DNA of 64,000 nucleotides from Minisyncoccia bacterium (GTDB lineage: Bacteria > Patescibacteriota > Minisyncoccia > Phycocordibacterales > PALSA-1337): NCBI GenBank assembly GCA_044228445.1, contig JBGAUV010000002.1:19219-83218 (forward strand), given 5' to 3'. The notes beneath the pieces are model-generated. The model did no database searches, had not been told where the DNA came from, and was given only the letters and a program-made list of their open reading frames with translations. A program made the translations under genes and the position numbers. Numbering within the stretch: position 1 is the first letter of the stretch; every line of letters starts with the position of its first letter. Below are positions 8,005 through 19,551 of this stretch, in pieces.

Positions 8005-8823
8005 ATGAATGCCATTAATTATAAAAATAACAAAGGCTTCACACTAATTGAACTTCTTGTAGTAATATCTATTATAGGTATGATGTCTTCTGTTGTTCTT
8101 GCTTCAGTAAATGTAACTAGAGACAAAGCTAGATTGGCAGGTGCTCAGAAATTTAGCGGGTATAATAATAGAACGTTAAGTGCTGACGCTGCAGGAATAT
8201 GGAGTTTTGATGAAGGTTCCGGTTCAATAGCTTATGATACAAGCGGTAATAGTAATAATGTTACATTATCAGCTGGCGCAACGAGATCTTCAGCAGAAAC
8301 TCCAAATAAAGTGGGGTATTCACTTTCTTTGTCTGCTGGTACTTATGCTGGTGCCCCATATTCTCAAAGTTTAGATATATCAAAAGGAACATTATCTACT
8401 TGGGTTAAGACATCTAATCAAGCTATTCAAGCTATTATAGTTAAGGTTGGTTCTTATTCTTTATATACAAGAGTAGGTCAAGCGGTCTTATATGATGCAA
8501 ATAGTAATACGTACAAAGGTAGCAATACTATTGTGGCTGATGATAAATGGCATCATGTAGCTGTATCGTTCAACCACAATGTTGCAAATGGTTTAAATAT
8601 ATATGTTGATGGTTTATTAAAATATACAGGCACAGCCTCAACGCCTAGTGGTGGTGTAAATGGTGTTGGTATTGGTTCCGCATTTTATAATAGTGCAGCT
8701 ACAACATTTACCGGTTATATTGATGAAGTTGCTATATATAACAGTGTGTTAGCACAAGAACAAATAAAAGAAATATATGCTAGAGGTATAGACACTCATT
8801 CAAATCTATCTATAAATAAATAA
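8005..8823 (+). CDS. type IV pilin-like protein with C-terminal LamG/concanavalin-like lectin domain
   Basis: The N-terminus is MNAINYKNNKG|FTLIELLVVISIIGMMSS. The C-terminal region WHHVAVSF...IYVDGLL...FTGYIDEVAIYNSVLAQEQIKEIY is typical of LamG_3 domains. Confidence 0.8.
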   Translation: MNAINYKNNKGFTLIELLVVISIIGMMSSVVLASVNVTRDKARLAGAQKFSGYNNRTLSADAAGIWSFDEGSGSIAYDTSGNSNNVTLSAGATRSSAETPNKVGYSLSLSAGTYAGAPYSQSLDISKGTLSTWVKTSNQAIQAIIVKVGSYSLYTRVGQAVLYDANSNTYKGSNTIVADDKWHHVAVSFNHNVANGLNIYVDGLLKYTGTASTPSGGVNGVGIGSAFYNSAATTFTGYIDEVAIYNSVLAQEQIKEIYARGIDTHSNLSINK

Positions 8824-8867
8824 TAAAAACATTTGCCTTTTTATTAAAAAAGTGTAATATATCACGT

Positions 8868-9536
8868 ATGCTTACTTTAACTGCAGAAAAAAGAAATAAA
8901 AATGAAAGCCCAGAAATTATTAGAGATTCTGGCAAATTACCCGCTGTTTTTTATGGTCCAAAAGAAAAGTCTACTCCTATAACTGTTTCTATGGTTGATT
9001 TTATTAAGGTTTGGAGAAAAGCTGGAGAAAGTTCAGTTATTGTTCTAAAAGAAGGATCAAATGAACATGAAGCTCTAATACACGATATTGATGTTCATCC
9101 AGTATCAGGTAAACCTAGACATGCTGATTTTTATGTAATTGAAAAGGGTAAAAAAGTTAAAGTTAACATTCCTATTGTATTCACTGGTGTAGCACCTGCT
9201 GTTAAAGATAAAGGAGGTATTTTAGTTAAGGTTTTAAGAGAAATAGAGATTGAAGCTAAACCAAAGGATTTGCCACATGAATTCACAGTAGATATTGCTT
9301 CACTTTCGGATCTTACAAGTGTTATTACTGTAAAAGAAATAAAACTACCAAAGGATGTTGATTTGGTAACAAACCCTGATGAAATTGTTGCATCTGTTGC
9401 GACAGCAAAAGAGGAACTTGATGAAGTTAAACCAATAGATATGTCATCTATAGAAGTTGAAAAGAAAGGAAAGATTCCAAAGGAAGGTGAAGAAGATGTT
9501 TCTGCTCCTGCAAAGAAAGAAGATAAAAAGGCTTAA
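8868..9536 (+). CDS. rplY: 50S ribosomal protein L25/general stress protein Ctc
   Basis: The sequence shows similarity to L25/Ctc (LPAVFYG...ITVSMVDF...HDIDVHPVSGKPRHADFY) and has a C-terminal acidic/Lys tail. Confidence 0.85.
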   Translation: MLTLTAEKRNKNESPEIIRDSGKLPAVFYGPKEKSTPITVSMVDFIKVWRKAGESSVIVLKEGSNEHEALIHDIDVHPVSGKPRHADFYVIEKGKKVKVNIPIVFTGVAPAVKDKGGILVKVLREIEIEAKPKDLPHEFTVDIASLSDLTSVITVKEIKLPKDVDLVTNPDEIVASVATAKEELDEVKPIDMSSIEVEKKGKIPKEGEEDVSAPAKKEDKKA

Positions 9537-9570
9537 TAAAACTACGGTTTTTGTGTTAGAATATTTTAGT

Positions 9571-10947
9571 ATGCAAATTATACAAGCATATACAAGAAAT
9601 GCTCTGTTTTCTATTTTTTTATTTTTTCTTATTTCTTTACCTGTTTTATCCAAGGCTCAGACAAATAATTTAATAAATGAAACTCAAGACCAGAAAGAAG
9701 CAAGATTGAGAGCTGAACTAGCTCAGGTTGAAGCAGAACAAAGAGAAACAGAAAAAATATTAGCAGAAGCACAAAATCAATCCTCTTCATTAAAGAGGGA
9801 TATTCTTATTTTAGATACAAAGATAAAAGCGGCTGAATTAAATATTAAAGCTAAGAATATTTTAATAGAAACTCTAGGCAAAGATATAAATCAAAAGGTT
9901 AAAACTATAGATAGTTTATCAGCAAGAATTGATAGAGGTCATGAATCTTTAGCTCAGATACTTAGAAAAACAAATGAAATTGATGATATAACATTACCTG
10001 AGGTTTTTCTTACAAAAAAGAGTATTACAGATATATTTTCTGATTTGGATTCATTTGATTCCGTTCAATCTTCATTGAAAAATACATTTGAACAAGTCAG
10101 AAATACAAAAAATCAAACTGAGACAGAAAAAAATGCTCTGGATAAAAGAAGAAATCAAGAAATGGATGCAAAATACGTTATTGAACAAGAAAGAGTTAAT
10201 ATAAAATCAAATCAAAATGAAAAACAGAGATTGCTTACAATTAGTAAAAATAATGAACAAACTTATAGCCAAATAATATCTGAAAAGCAAAAGCAAGCAG
10301 CAAAGATAAAGGCAGCACTATTTGCCCTAAGAGATAGTGAATCAATTCCTTTCGGCGAAGCTTTAAAATATGCAAACTCCGCTTCAAAAATTACTGGTGT
10401 AAGACCTGCTTTTATACTAGCCATTTTAACTCAAGAATCTTCACTCGGTGCTAATGTGGGTACTTGTTACCTTACTGATACACAGTCTGGTGCAGGTATA
10501 AGTATAAAATCTGGAAATACATATAAAAATGTAATGAAACCTGAAAGAGATGTCACACCATTTTTAAGTATTACAAAGACATTAGGATTGGATCCTATGA
10601 AGACAAAAGTGTCGTGTCCACAATCAGTCGGTTGGGGTGGAGCTATGGGTCCTGCTCAATTTATTCCATCTACTTGGATGTTATTTAAAGATAGAATAGC
10701 TAGTGCAACCGGAAGTAGTTTCCCAAACCCATGGAACCCTCAAGATGCATTTATGGCTTCTGCAATATACTTAGGAGATCTCGGGGCAGTAAATGGCAGT
10801 TATACTGGTGAACAAAATGCGGCATGTAAATACTATTCAGGTAAATCTTGCAGTTCATCAAGTCTAATAAGGACATATGGTACTCAAGTAATGGCAAAAG
10901 CTGATAATATACAAAGAACAATGATAAACCCTCTTAATGGAATATAG
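9571..10947 (+). CDS. secreted coiled-coil protein with C-terminal lytic murein transglycosylase (SLT/MltB-like) domain
   Basis: A signal peptide ([29 protein letters not shown]) is followed by about 230 aa of heptad-rich coiled coil. The C-terminus then carries ESSLG...[13 protein letters not shown], a family-3 lytic transglycosylase motif. The ORF-track start at 9457 would overlap rplY, so it was moved to the ATG at 9571. Confidence 0.7.
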   Translation: MQIIQAYTRNALFSIFLFFLISLPVLSKAQTNNLINETQDQKEARLRAELAQVEAEQRETEKILAEAQNQSSSLKRDILILDTKIKAAELNIKAKNILIETLGKDINQKVKTIDSLSARIDRGHESLAQILRKTNEIDDITLPEVFLTKKSITDIFSDLDSFDSVQSSLKNTFEQVRNTKNQTETEKNALDKRRNQEMDAKYVIEQERVNIKSNQNEKQRLLTISKNNEQTYSQIISEKQKQAAKIKAALFALRDSESIPFGEALKYANSASKITGVRPAFILAILTQESSLGANVGTCYLTDTQSGAGISIKSGNTYKNVMKPERDVTPFLSITKTLGLDPMKTKVSCPQSVGWGGAMGPAQFIPSTWMLFKDRIASATGSSFPNPWNPQDAFMASAIYLGDLGAVNGSYTGEQNAACKYYSGKSCSSSSLIRTYGTQVMAKADNIQRTMINPLNGI

Positions 10948-10988
10948 TTTATTTGCTAAATATTAACTTTTTTGTTATAGTCTCGTGT

Positions 10989-11276
10989 ATGAAAAAAGAT
11001 ATACATCCAAAGGAATACAGACCTGTAATATTCGTCGATAACTCAAACGGCGAGAAATTTTTAATACCTTCTACAATAAAGACAAAAACAACAGAAAAAT
11101 GGACAGATGGAAAAGAATATCCAGCTTATCACGTTGAAATTTCAAGTTCATCACACCCATTCTATACAAACCAAGAGAAGACTCTAGACAGTGCAGGTCG
11201 TGTAGAAAAATTCAAAGCTCGCCAAGCAAAAGCTTCAGCTAGCACTTCAGCAAAGACTTCAAAAAAGAAGGCTTAA
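10989..11276 (+). CDS. rpmE: 50S ribosomal protein L31 (type B, non-zinc form)
   Basis: The sequence reads [15 protein letters not shown]...[18 protein letters not shown]. The stop overlaps the prfA start (TAATG). Confidence 0.85.
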   Translation: MKKDIHPKEYRPVIFVDNSNGEKFLIPSTIKTKTTEKWTDGKEYPAYHVEISSSSHPFYTNQEKTLDSAGRVEKFKARQAKASASTSAKTSKKKA

Positions 11277-12226
11277 TGAACTTAGAAGAATTAAAGAAAA
11301 ATCATAAAACTTCCTATCTGGCAGAAATATATGAAAAGCTTTTAAAAGAAGAAGCGGAAGTTTTGGCTATGGTAAATGATATTTCTATGAAAGAAATGGC
11401 AGAAGCGGATCTTAGAAATATTGAAATTCAAAAGAAAAATACTGAAGAACAGATAAATGCAATACTTGAATCTGAAAAGGAAGAAGTAGAAAACCCGACA
11501 GAAATGATTCTAGAAGTTCGTGCTGGAGCTGGGGGAGAAGAAGCGGCTTTATTTGCTGAAGAGCTTTTAAATATGTATAAGAAATACGCTGAAATGCAAG
11601 GTTGGGCACCAAAGATAATAGAAAAATCTGAAAGTCCTCTAGGTGGATATAAAGAAGCAAGTCTTGAGGTTCATGGAAAGGGTGCGTACGACGCTTTAAA
11701 ATACGAAACTGGAGTACATAGAATTCAACGTATACCTGAGACAGAAAAAATGGGCAGAGTACATACTTCTACAGCAGCAGTAGCAATACTACCTATTAGA
11801 AGAAAATCAAAAATAGAGATCAATCCTTCTGATATAGAAATGGAATTTTCAAGAGCTGGAGGTAAAGGAGGACAAAATGTGAATAAAGTTGAAACAGCAG
11901 TAAGATTGGTACATAAACCTACAGGTATAGATGTTAGAGCTACAAATGAACGTAGCCAAGCAGCAAACCGTGAACGTGCAATGCAGGTCCTTATTGCAAA
12001 ACTAGAAGCTCTTAAAGAAGAAGAAGAGGCAAAGAAGTTTAGTACAAATAAAAAGAATCAAATAGGTACTGGGGATAGATCAGAAAAGATAAGAACATAC
12101 AATATACTTCAAGATAGAATAACTGATCACAGAATCAAAGAATCATGGCATAATATATCTCATATATTCGAAGGAAACCTTGATCCTATAGTAGAGGCAT
12201 TGAGAGACGTTGCAAAAAAAGCTTGA
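11276..12226 (+). CDS. prfA: peptide chain release factor 1
   Basis: The GGQ motif ([25 protein letters not shown]) is present. The tripeptide region QRIPETE (P-x-T type) is RF1-like, not the SPF of RF2. Confidence 0.85.
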   Translation: MNLEELKKNHKTSYLAEIYEKLLKEEAEVLAMVNDISMKEMAEADLRNIEIQKKNTEEQINAILESEKEEVENPTEMILEVRAGAGGEEAALFAEELLNMYKKYAEMQGWAPKIIEKSESPLGGYKEASLEVHGKGAYDALKYETGVHRIQRIPETEKMGRVHTSTAAVAILPIRRKSKIEINPSDIEMEFSRAGGKGGQNVNKVETAVRLVHKPTGIDVRATNERSQAANRERAMQVLIAKLEALKEEEEAKKFSTNKKNQIGTGDRSEKIRTYNILQDRITDHRIKESWHNISHIFEGNLDPIVEALRDVAKKA

Positions 12227-12250
12227 TTTTGATATAGTTTGCATCACTTT

Positions 12251-12979
12251 ATGAAAGAAATAAATAACACATCTACAAATCATATTATTGAGGAAATGTT
12301 CAAGGTTGGAGCACATTTCGGTTTTTCAAAGTCTCGTAGACATCCAACAGTAGCAAAATACATTTTTGGATCAAAAAATAATGTAGAAATTTTTGATCTT
12401 GAAAAAACAAAAGATTTATTAGACAAAGCAAAGGATTATGTTAAGGGTCTTGGAAAGGAAGGTAAGACTATACTAGTAGTTGGTGGAAAGAGTGAATCAA
12501 GAAGAGCAGTAAAAAATGCTGCAGAATCAATAAACATGCCTTTTGTTGACGGTAGATGGATAGGAGGTACTCTTACAAATGCTCCGGAAATAAGAAAGAG
12601 AATAGAAAAATATACAAAACTAACAACAGATAAAGAAAAAGGAGAACTAGGAAAGTTTACAAAAAAGGAAAGACTACTTATAGATAAAGAAATAGAAAAT
12701 CTTGAGGCTCTATTTTCAGGAATAGTGTCTATGAAGGAACTTCCAAAGGCAATATTTGTAATTGATCCAAAGAAAGAAAAGAATGCTGTAAAAGAGGCTA
12801 TTGATATGAATATACCTATAATAGCTCTTTGTGGTTCCGATTGTGATTTAACTGGAATTGCTCACCCTATAACTGGAAATGATTCATCTCAATCAAGCAT
12901 ACAATATTTTGTTAATGAAATAACAAAAGCATACAGTGAAGGTAAAACACTAGGAAAGACAGAAGCAAAGAAAGCGTAG
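12251..12979 (+). CDS. rpsB: 30S ribosomal protein S2
   Basis: S2 core motifs FKVGAHFGFSKSRRHPT...VVGGK...PFVDGRWIGGTLTN are present. An alternative TTG start at 12239 is possible. Confidence 0.85.
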   Translation: MKEINNTSTNHIIEEMFKVGAHFGFSKSRRHPTVAKYIFGSKNNVEIFDLEKTKDLLDKAKDYVKGLGKEGKTILVVGGKSESRRAVKNAAESINMPFVDGRWIGGTLTNAPEIRKRIEKYTKLTTDKEKGELGKFTKKERLLIDKEIENLEALFSGIVSMKELPKAIFVIDPKKEKNAVKEAIDMNIPIIALCGSDCDLTGIAHPITGNDSSQSSIQYFVNEITKAYSEGKTLGKTEAKKA

Positions 12980-13024
12980 TATAATATTATTGCTCGTTTT
13001 TATTATATCTAATTTATAATTACC

Positions 13025-13609
13025 ATGATTACAACTGAACAAATAAAGGATTTAAGAGATCAAACTGGAGTTTCTATTATGCAATGTAAAAAAGCTCTAG
13101 AAGAAGCAGGAGGAAGTATAGAAAAAGCTCTAGTTATTTTACGTAAAAAGAGTGGTGATATGGCTTCAAAGAAAGCTGATAGAACTTTTGGAGCAGGAAC
13201 AGTACAAGCATATATACACTCAACAGGTAATGTTGGTTCAGTTGTTGTTCTGATGTGCGAAACTGATTTTGTTTCAGGAAATGAAGGATTCAAAAGTTTA
13301 GCTCGTGATATAGCTATGCATATTACTGCTTCAAATCCAAAATTTTTAAAGAAAGAAGATATTACAGAAGAAGCGAGAAATATTGCTAAAGAAGTATTTA
13401 TAAAAGAAGTAGAGGGTAAACCAAAAGAAATGCAAGATAAGATTCTTGAAGGAAAGTTAAATACATATTTTGCTGAAATGGTTTTGCTTGATCAACCATT
13501 TATTAAGAATCCAGAACTAAGCATTCAAGCACTTATTGATTCAGCCATGCAAAAATTTGGAGAAAAGATTGCTATTGCAAAATTCTCTAGATTTGGTTTG
13601 TTCGAATAA
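13025..13609 (+). CDS. tsf: translation elongation factor Ts
   Basis: The EF-Ts UBA-like N-terminus is present (TTEQIKDLRDQTGVSIMQCKKALEEAGGSIEKA), along with the core GSVVVLMCETDFV. Confidence 0.9.
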   Translation: MITTEQIKDLRDQTGVSIMQCKKALEEAGGSIEKALVILRKKSGDMASKKADRTFGAGTVQAYIHSTGNVGSVVVLMCETDFVSGNEGFKSLARDIAMHITASNPKFLKKEDITEEARNIAKEVFIKEVEGKPKEMQDKILEGKLNTYFAEMVLLDQPFIKNPELSIQALIDSAMQKFGEKIAIAKFSRFGLFE

Positions 13610-13614
13610 AATTA

Positions 13615-14033
13615 TGATACTAGCATTTACTTCATTTACCATATCATTGTTTGTCATAATTGGTATGCTAACAATGAAGGCTCATGAAATAAAGAGTCAA
13701 AATATAAATTTTATTTCAAAGATGATTCAAAAATCAGATAAGTTTTTTTCTGTACTTTTTAGTGATATAAGAAAGTTAGTGTCATATATAAACCGTCATA
13801 CTTTTATCACTATTGTAGAGTGGTTAGCTTATCTGGTATTATCTAAAGCTAGAAAGTTATATATATGGGCATATAATAAAGCACATGAGCACCCACACTC
13901 AAAGAGAGTTATTGATATGGTTCGTGGCAAGGGTGATATAAGTAAAGCAGGAGGTGCGTCCTTTTATTTAAAAAGGATTTCTGATAATGTATATCCTGTG
14001 GAAAGTACAAATCCTTCTTTCATAAAGAAATAA
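13615..14033 (+). CDS. hypothetical membrane protein
   Basis: The N-terminal transmembrane segment MILAFTSFTISLFVIIGMLT is present. The start was chosen at 13615 to avoid overlap with tsf. No recognisable domain was found. Confidence 0.35.
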
Positions 14034-14051
14034 GGTAAAATAATAGTATAC

Positions 14052-14127
14052 GCCACCTTAGCTCAGTTGGTAGAGCAACGCTTTTGTAAAGCGAAGGTCC
14101 CCAGTTCAAATCTGGGAGGTGGCTCCA
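14052..14127 (+). tRNA. tRNA-Thr (anticodon UGU), CCA encoded
   Basis: A cloverleaf was drawn by hand. The acceptor pairs are GCCACCU/AGGUGGC. The D arm is GCUC/GAGC, and the anticodon loop UUUGUAA gives anticodon UGU at positions 34-36. The T arm is CCCAG-UUCAAAU-CUGGG. The discriminator U is followed by CCA. Confidence 0.85.
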
Positions 14128-14158
14128 AAAAAATCTCATAATCTGCTATAGTGTAGCA

Positions 14159-14887
14159 ATGAAAGAACAAGACAAAGGCCACCTACATCCAATTACACAA
14201 TTTACTCGTGAAGTTGTGGGTATTTTTGCTGATATGGGTTTCGTTGTAGCGACAGGTCCAGAACTAGAAAAAGAGCACTATAACTTCGATGCTTTAAATA
14301 TTGCAAAAGATCATCCTTCAAGAGATATGCAGGATACATTTTGGATAAAGTCTAAAGATAAAGAAAATGTAAATGATAAACTCGGTAGACCAGTAATGCG
14401 TACTCAAACATCTGCAGTCCAAGCTAGATTCCTAGAAAAAAATAAAGACAATCTTCCTTGCGCTATTATCGTTCCAGGAAAGGTTTTTCGTAATGAAGCG
14501 ACAGATGCAACACATGAGGTACAATTCTTTCAACTAGAGGCATTATATGTCGATAAAAACGTAAGTATGGGTCATTTGAAGGGTACAGTAGAGCACTTTT
14601 TAAAGAAACTTTATGGAAATGATGTTGTAATACGTTTTAGACCAAGTTTTTTTCCTTTCGTTGAACCTGGAGTAGAGGTTGATATGTTATTTAATGGTAA
14701 ATGGTTAGAAATGGGTGGTGCAGGTATGGTTCACCCGAATGTTTTGCGTGAGGCAGGAATTGATTCTGAAATTTGGAAAGGTTTTGCTTTTGGTTTCGGT
14801 GTAGATAGACTAGTTATGAGACAAAATAATATTCCAGATGTAAGAATGATATATGATGGTGATTTAAGATTTATAAATCAATTTTAA
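14159..14887 (+). CDS. pheS: phenylalanine--tRNA ligase alpha subunit (catalytic core, short form)
   Basis: Class II aaRS motifs are present: RTQTSAVQAR, FRNEATDATHEVQFFQLE, GAGMVHPNVL, GFAFGFGVDRL. Confidence 0.9.
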   Translation: MKEQDKGHLHPITQFTREVVGIFADMGFVVATGPELEKEHYNFDALNIAKDHPSRDMQDTFWIKSKDKENVNDKLGRPVMRTQTSAVQARFLEKNKDNLPCAIIVPGKVFRNEATDATHEVQFFQLEALYVDKNVSMGHLKGTVEHFLKKLYGNDVVIRFRPSFFPFVEPGVEVDMLFNGKWLEMGGAGMVHPNVLREAGIDSEIWKGFAFGFGVDRLVMRQNNIPDVRMIYDGDLRFINQF

Positions 14888-14896
14888 ATTAATTTA

Positions 14897-15064
14897 TGGA
14901 AAATAATAAACATAAACATATAAAAGAGATATCAATTTTAATAATAGCTTTAATTATTATTGGTCTAATTTATCTTTTTGGTTTAAAAATTGTTAATGCA
15001 CCAAATAATAGTAATAGTATAAACTTACCAAGTAAAAGTAATTCATATAATTCTACGATATAAA
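14897..15064 (+). CDS. 56-aa single-transmembrane mini-protein (hypothetical)
   Basis: The ORF ATG..TAA fills the pheS-pheT gap and encodes MENNKHKHIKEISILIIALIIIGLIYLFGLKIVNAPNNS.... It is below the ORF-track cutoff. Confidence 0.25.
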
Positions 15065-17032
15065 ATGAAAGTCCTAAAATCTTGGTTACAAAATCATATA
15101 GTAGAAAATTTACCAAGTGATGAAAAAATCGCTGAGGCTTTTACATTTAAATCAAGTGAAGTTGAAGGAATAGAAAAAGTTAAAGTAAATGGTGTTGATG
15201 ATACAGTTTTTGATCTAAAGGTTTTACCAGATCGTGCACACTATATGCTTTCACATAGAGGTATTGCTTATGATCTATGTGCAATACTTGGTCTAACTTT
15301 AAAAAACCAAGAAATAGTCTTACCTGAAAAAGGTGAGGATATTATATTTAATATAGAAAGTGATATTTGTAAAAGAAATACTGCTACATTGATTACAAAT
15401 ATTGAAAATAGTGATTCACCTATATGGTTAAAAGAAAGATTGGAAGCAATTGGTGCAAGATCAATTAACTTTATAGTTGATGCAACAAACTATGCCACAT
15501 TTGATACCGGTCAACCTTTACACGCTTTTGATAAAGAAAAAGTAAAAGGTAGTTTATACATTAGATTTGCAAAAGAGGGTGAGAGTATTGAGACACTAGA
15601 TGGTAAAAATATAAAATTAAAAACACATCATTTGGTAATTGCCGATGAAATAGGTCCTCTTGATATTGCAGGAATAAAAGGAGGAAAAAGAGCTGAAGTT
15701 ACAAAAGATACAAAAAATATAATTCTCGAGGCGGCAAATTTTGATTCTGTAAGTATTAGAAAAACTTCAATAGAAGTTGGTATTAGAAATGATGCTTCAA
15801 AGAGATTTGAAAATGAAATTACTCCACATATGGTTGAAAAAGGTATTTCTTCATTTTTAACTTTATTGAAACAAGTTAAACCAAGTTCAAAAATCGGTAA
15901 AATAAATGATAAATACAAGACTTTACCAAAACCTTGGTCTATTGAAGTTAATCATTCAGATATTGAAAATATATTAAATATTAAAATAGATAAAGATGAA
16001 GTATTGGGTGTTTTAAATAAATTAAATTGCACTGCAGAAGTAAAAAATAGTGTTTATAATGTTCAACCACCATTTGAAAGATTGGATCTTATAATTAAAC
16101 AAGATATTATTGATGAAATTGGTAGAATATTTGGTTTGGATAAAGTACAAAGTATAGTACCAAATCCTAAAACAAAGAATGAATTTTCTCAGGAATTTCT
16201 ATTAAATGAAAAAATAAAAGATATTTTATATCAAAAAGGTTTTTCTGAAGTAATGACTAGAACATTTACTAATAAGGGTGATATTGAGGTGAGTTATCCA
16301 GTAGCTTCTGATAAAGGATATTTAAGAACAAATCTATATGATGGAATTAATAATTCTATAAATCTTGCAATACAAAATTCTCCGCTTTTAGGTTTAAATG
16401 AAATAAAGGTGTATGAAATAGGAAAGGTGTTTACAAAGATTGGTGAAAAGAATTTATTAGTAGTTGGAATTAAAAATATAAAAAAGAAACAGGAAAAAGA
16501 AAAAGAAAAGATCAAAATCTTGAGAGATGAATTGTTAAAAGAAATAAATATAAATGCAAATATACTTTGTAGCATAGATGATACTGGGGGAATAATATCA
16601 ATTGATGGAAGGACTGTTGGATATACAAATAAAATCGAAGGATTTTTGGAAATAGATCTAGATTTATTGCTTGGAAATATAAAGAATAAATTAAGTTTAA
16701 ATTCAATAACGATTAAAGAGGGAACAAGGACACAGTTTAAGCAGTTTTCAGTTTATCCTTTTATTACTAGGGATATAGCTGTGTTTGTTCACAGTGATAA
16801 TACTTCGGATTCAGTTTTAAAAGATATAAAAAAGAATATTGGGGATTCAGCAGGGATTATATTAGTTAAAGGTCCAGATCTATTTGATGAATTTGAAAAG
16901 GACGGTAAGAGATCTCTTGCTTTCAGAATGATATTTCAATCAAATGAAAGAACATTATCTGATGAAGAAGTAAATTCTTATATGGAAAAACTATATACTT
17001 ACGTAAAAGCAAAAGGTTGGCAGGTTAGATAG
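15065..17032 (+). CDS. pheT: phenylalanine--tRNA ligase beta subunit
   Basis: B3/B4 and B5 region similarity is present (VFDLKVLPDRAHYMLSHRGIAYDL, FDTGQPLHAFD) with a C-terminal FDX-ACB-like domain. A K/E-rich insertion occurs at about aa 470-490. Confidence 0.9.
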   Translation: MKVLKSWLQNHIVENLPSDEKIAEAFTFKSSEVEGIEKVKVNGVDDTVFDLKVLPDRAHYMLSHRGIAYDLCAILGLTLKNQEIVLPEKGEDIIFNIESDICKRNTATLITNIENSDSPIWLKERLEAIGARSINFIVDATNYATFDTGQPLHAFDKEKVKGSLYIRFAKEGESIETLDGKNIKLKTHHLVIADEIGPLDIAGIKGGKRAEVTKDTKNIILEAANFDSVSIRKTSIEVGIRNDASKRFENEITPHMVEKGISSFLTLLKQVKPSSKIGKINDKYKTLPKPWSIEVNHSDIENILNIKIDKDEVLGVLNKLNCTAEVKNSVYNVQPPFERLDLIIKQDIIDEIGRIFGLDKVQSIVPNPKTKNEFSQEFLLNEKIKDILYQKGFSEVMTRTFTNKGDIEVSYPVASDKGYLRTNLYDGINNSINLAIQNSPLLGLNEIKVYEIGKVFTKIGEKNLLVVGIKNIKKKQEKEKEKIKILRDELLKEININANILCSIDDTGGIISIDGRTVGYTNKIEGFLEIDLDLLLGNIKNKLSLNSITIKEGTRTQFKQFSVYPFITRDIAVFVHSDNTSDSVLKDIKKNIGDSAGIILVKGPDLFDEFEKDGKRSLAFRMIFQSNERTLSDEEVNSYMEKLYTYVKAKGWQVR

Positions 17033-17159
17033 TCTGTGTTCTAGTATTAATATTAGAAGCTGTAAATTGTCATTTTTCTGATCTAATAGAGACAAAAAAA
17101 TGGAATCCTATTATTGATTTAAATTACCAGTATCAATAACTGTACATCCTATAATAAAT

Positions 17160-17280
17160 AAAAAAAGCGACACCACACGGCGTCGCTCCCCCTTGCTGCG
17201 CCTAGTAGGTAGATATTTAAGGGGTGGTATGTCGTCTGCACTGTCCGCTTTGCAGATTAGGATGTGCAGACAACAACTTA
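17160..17280 (-). ncRNA. candidate orphan small RNA (~120 nt) with its own promoter and intrinsic terminator
   Basis: On the minus strand there are three consecutive hairpins: GUCUGCAC..GUGCAGAC, then CCCCUU..AAGGGG, then AGCGACGCC-GUGUG-GUGUCGCU followed by U7. This GC-rich patch lies between pheT and gyrB and contains no ORF. Confidence 0.4.
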
Positions 17281-17285
17281 TCAAT

Positions 17286-17313
17286 ATCATATAACAATTT
17301 AACTATATGTCAA
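17286..17313 (-). promoter_or_regulatory. near-consensus sigma-70 promoter on the minus strand (TTGACA, 16 nt, TATGAT)
   Basis: The plus-strand tgtcaa at 17308-17313 and atcata at 17286-17291 give TTGACA-16-TATGAT on the minus strand. The predicted start is about 7 nt downstream, leading into the hairpin RNA. Confidence 0.4.
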
Positions 17314-17372
17314 TGGAGAAAATTACTTAAAAATTTGCTATAATAACTGGACTAAAAACATATAAAAACTGA

Positions 17373-19484
<2,112 letters not shown>

Positions 19485-19551
19485 TTTCTTCGTTTAATTA
19501 AAGTTTAAATTAAAATTTTAATTTATTATTTTATTTATTTAATTTAAAAAT

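Noticed and set aside
9457-9570. Upstream start of the transglycosylase ORF overlapping rplY by 80 nt
   Set aside because: The Met at 9571 is followed by a clean signal peptide. The upstream residues are a Lys/Arg-rich translation of the rplY 3' end in another frame.
13536-13614. Upstream start of ORF 13536-14033 overlapping tsf
   Set aside because: The overlap with the conserved tsf C-terminus is unlikely. An in-frame ATG at 13615 gives a protein starting with a transmembrane helix.
19495-19520. 20-bp AT-only palindrome (taaattaaaattttaattta) between gyrB and gpmI
   Set aside because: Perfect AT-only palindromes arise easily by chance in intergenic DNA of about 20 percent GC. No associated promoter or gene context suggests function.
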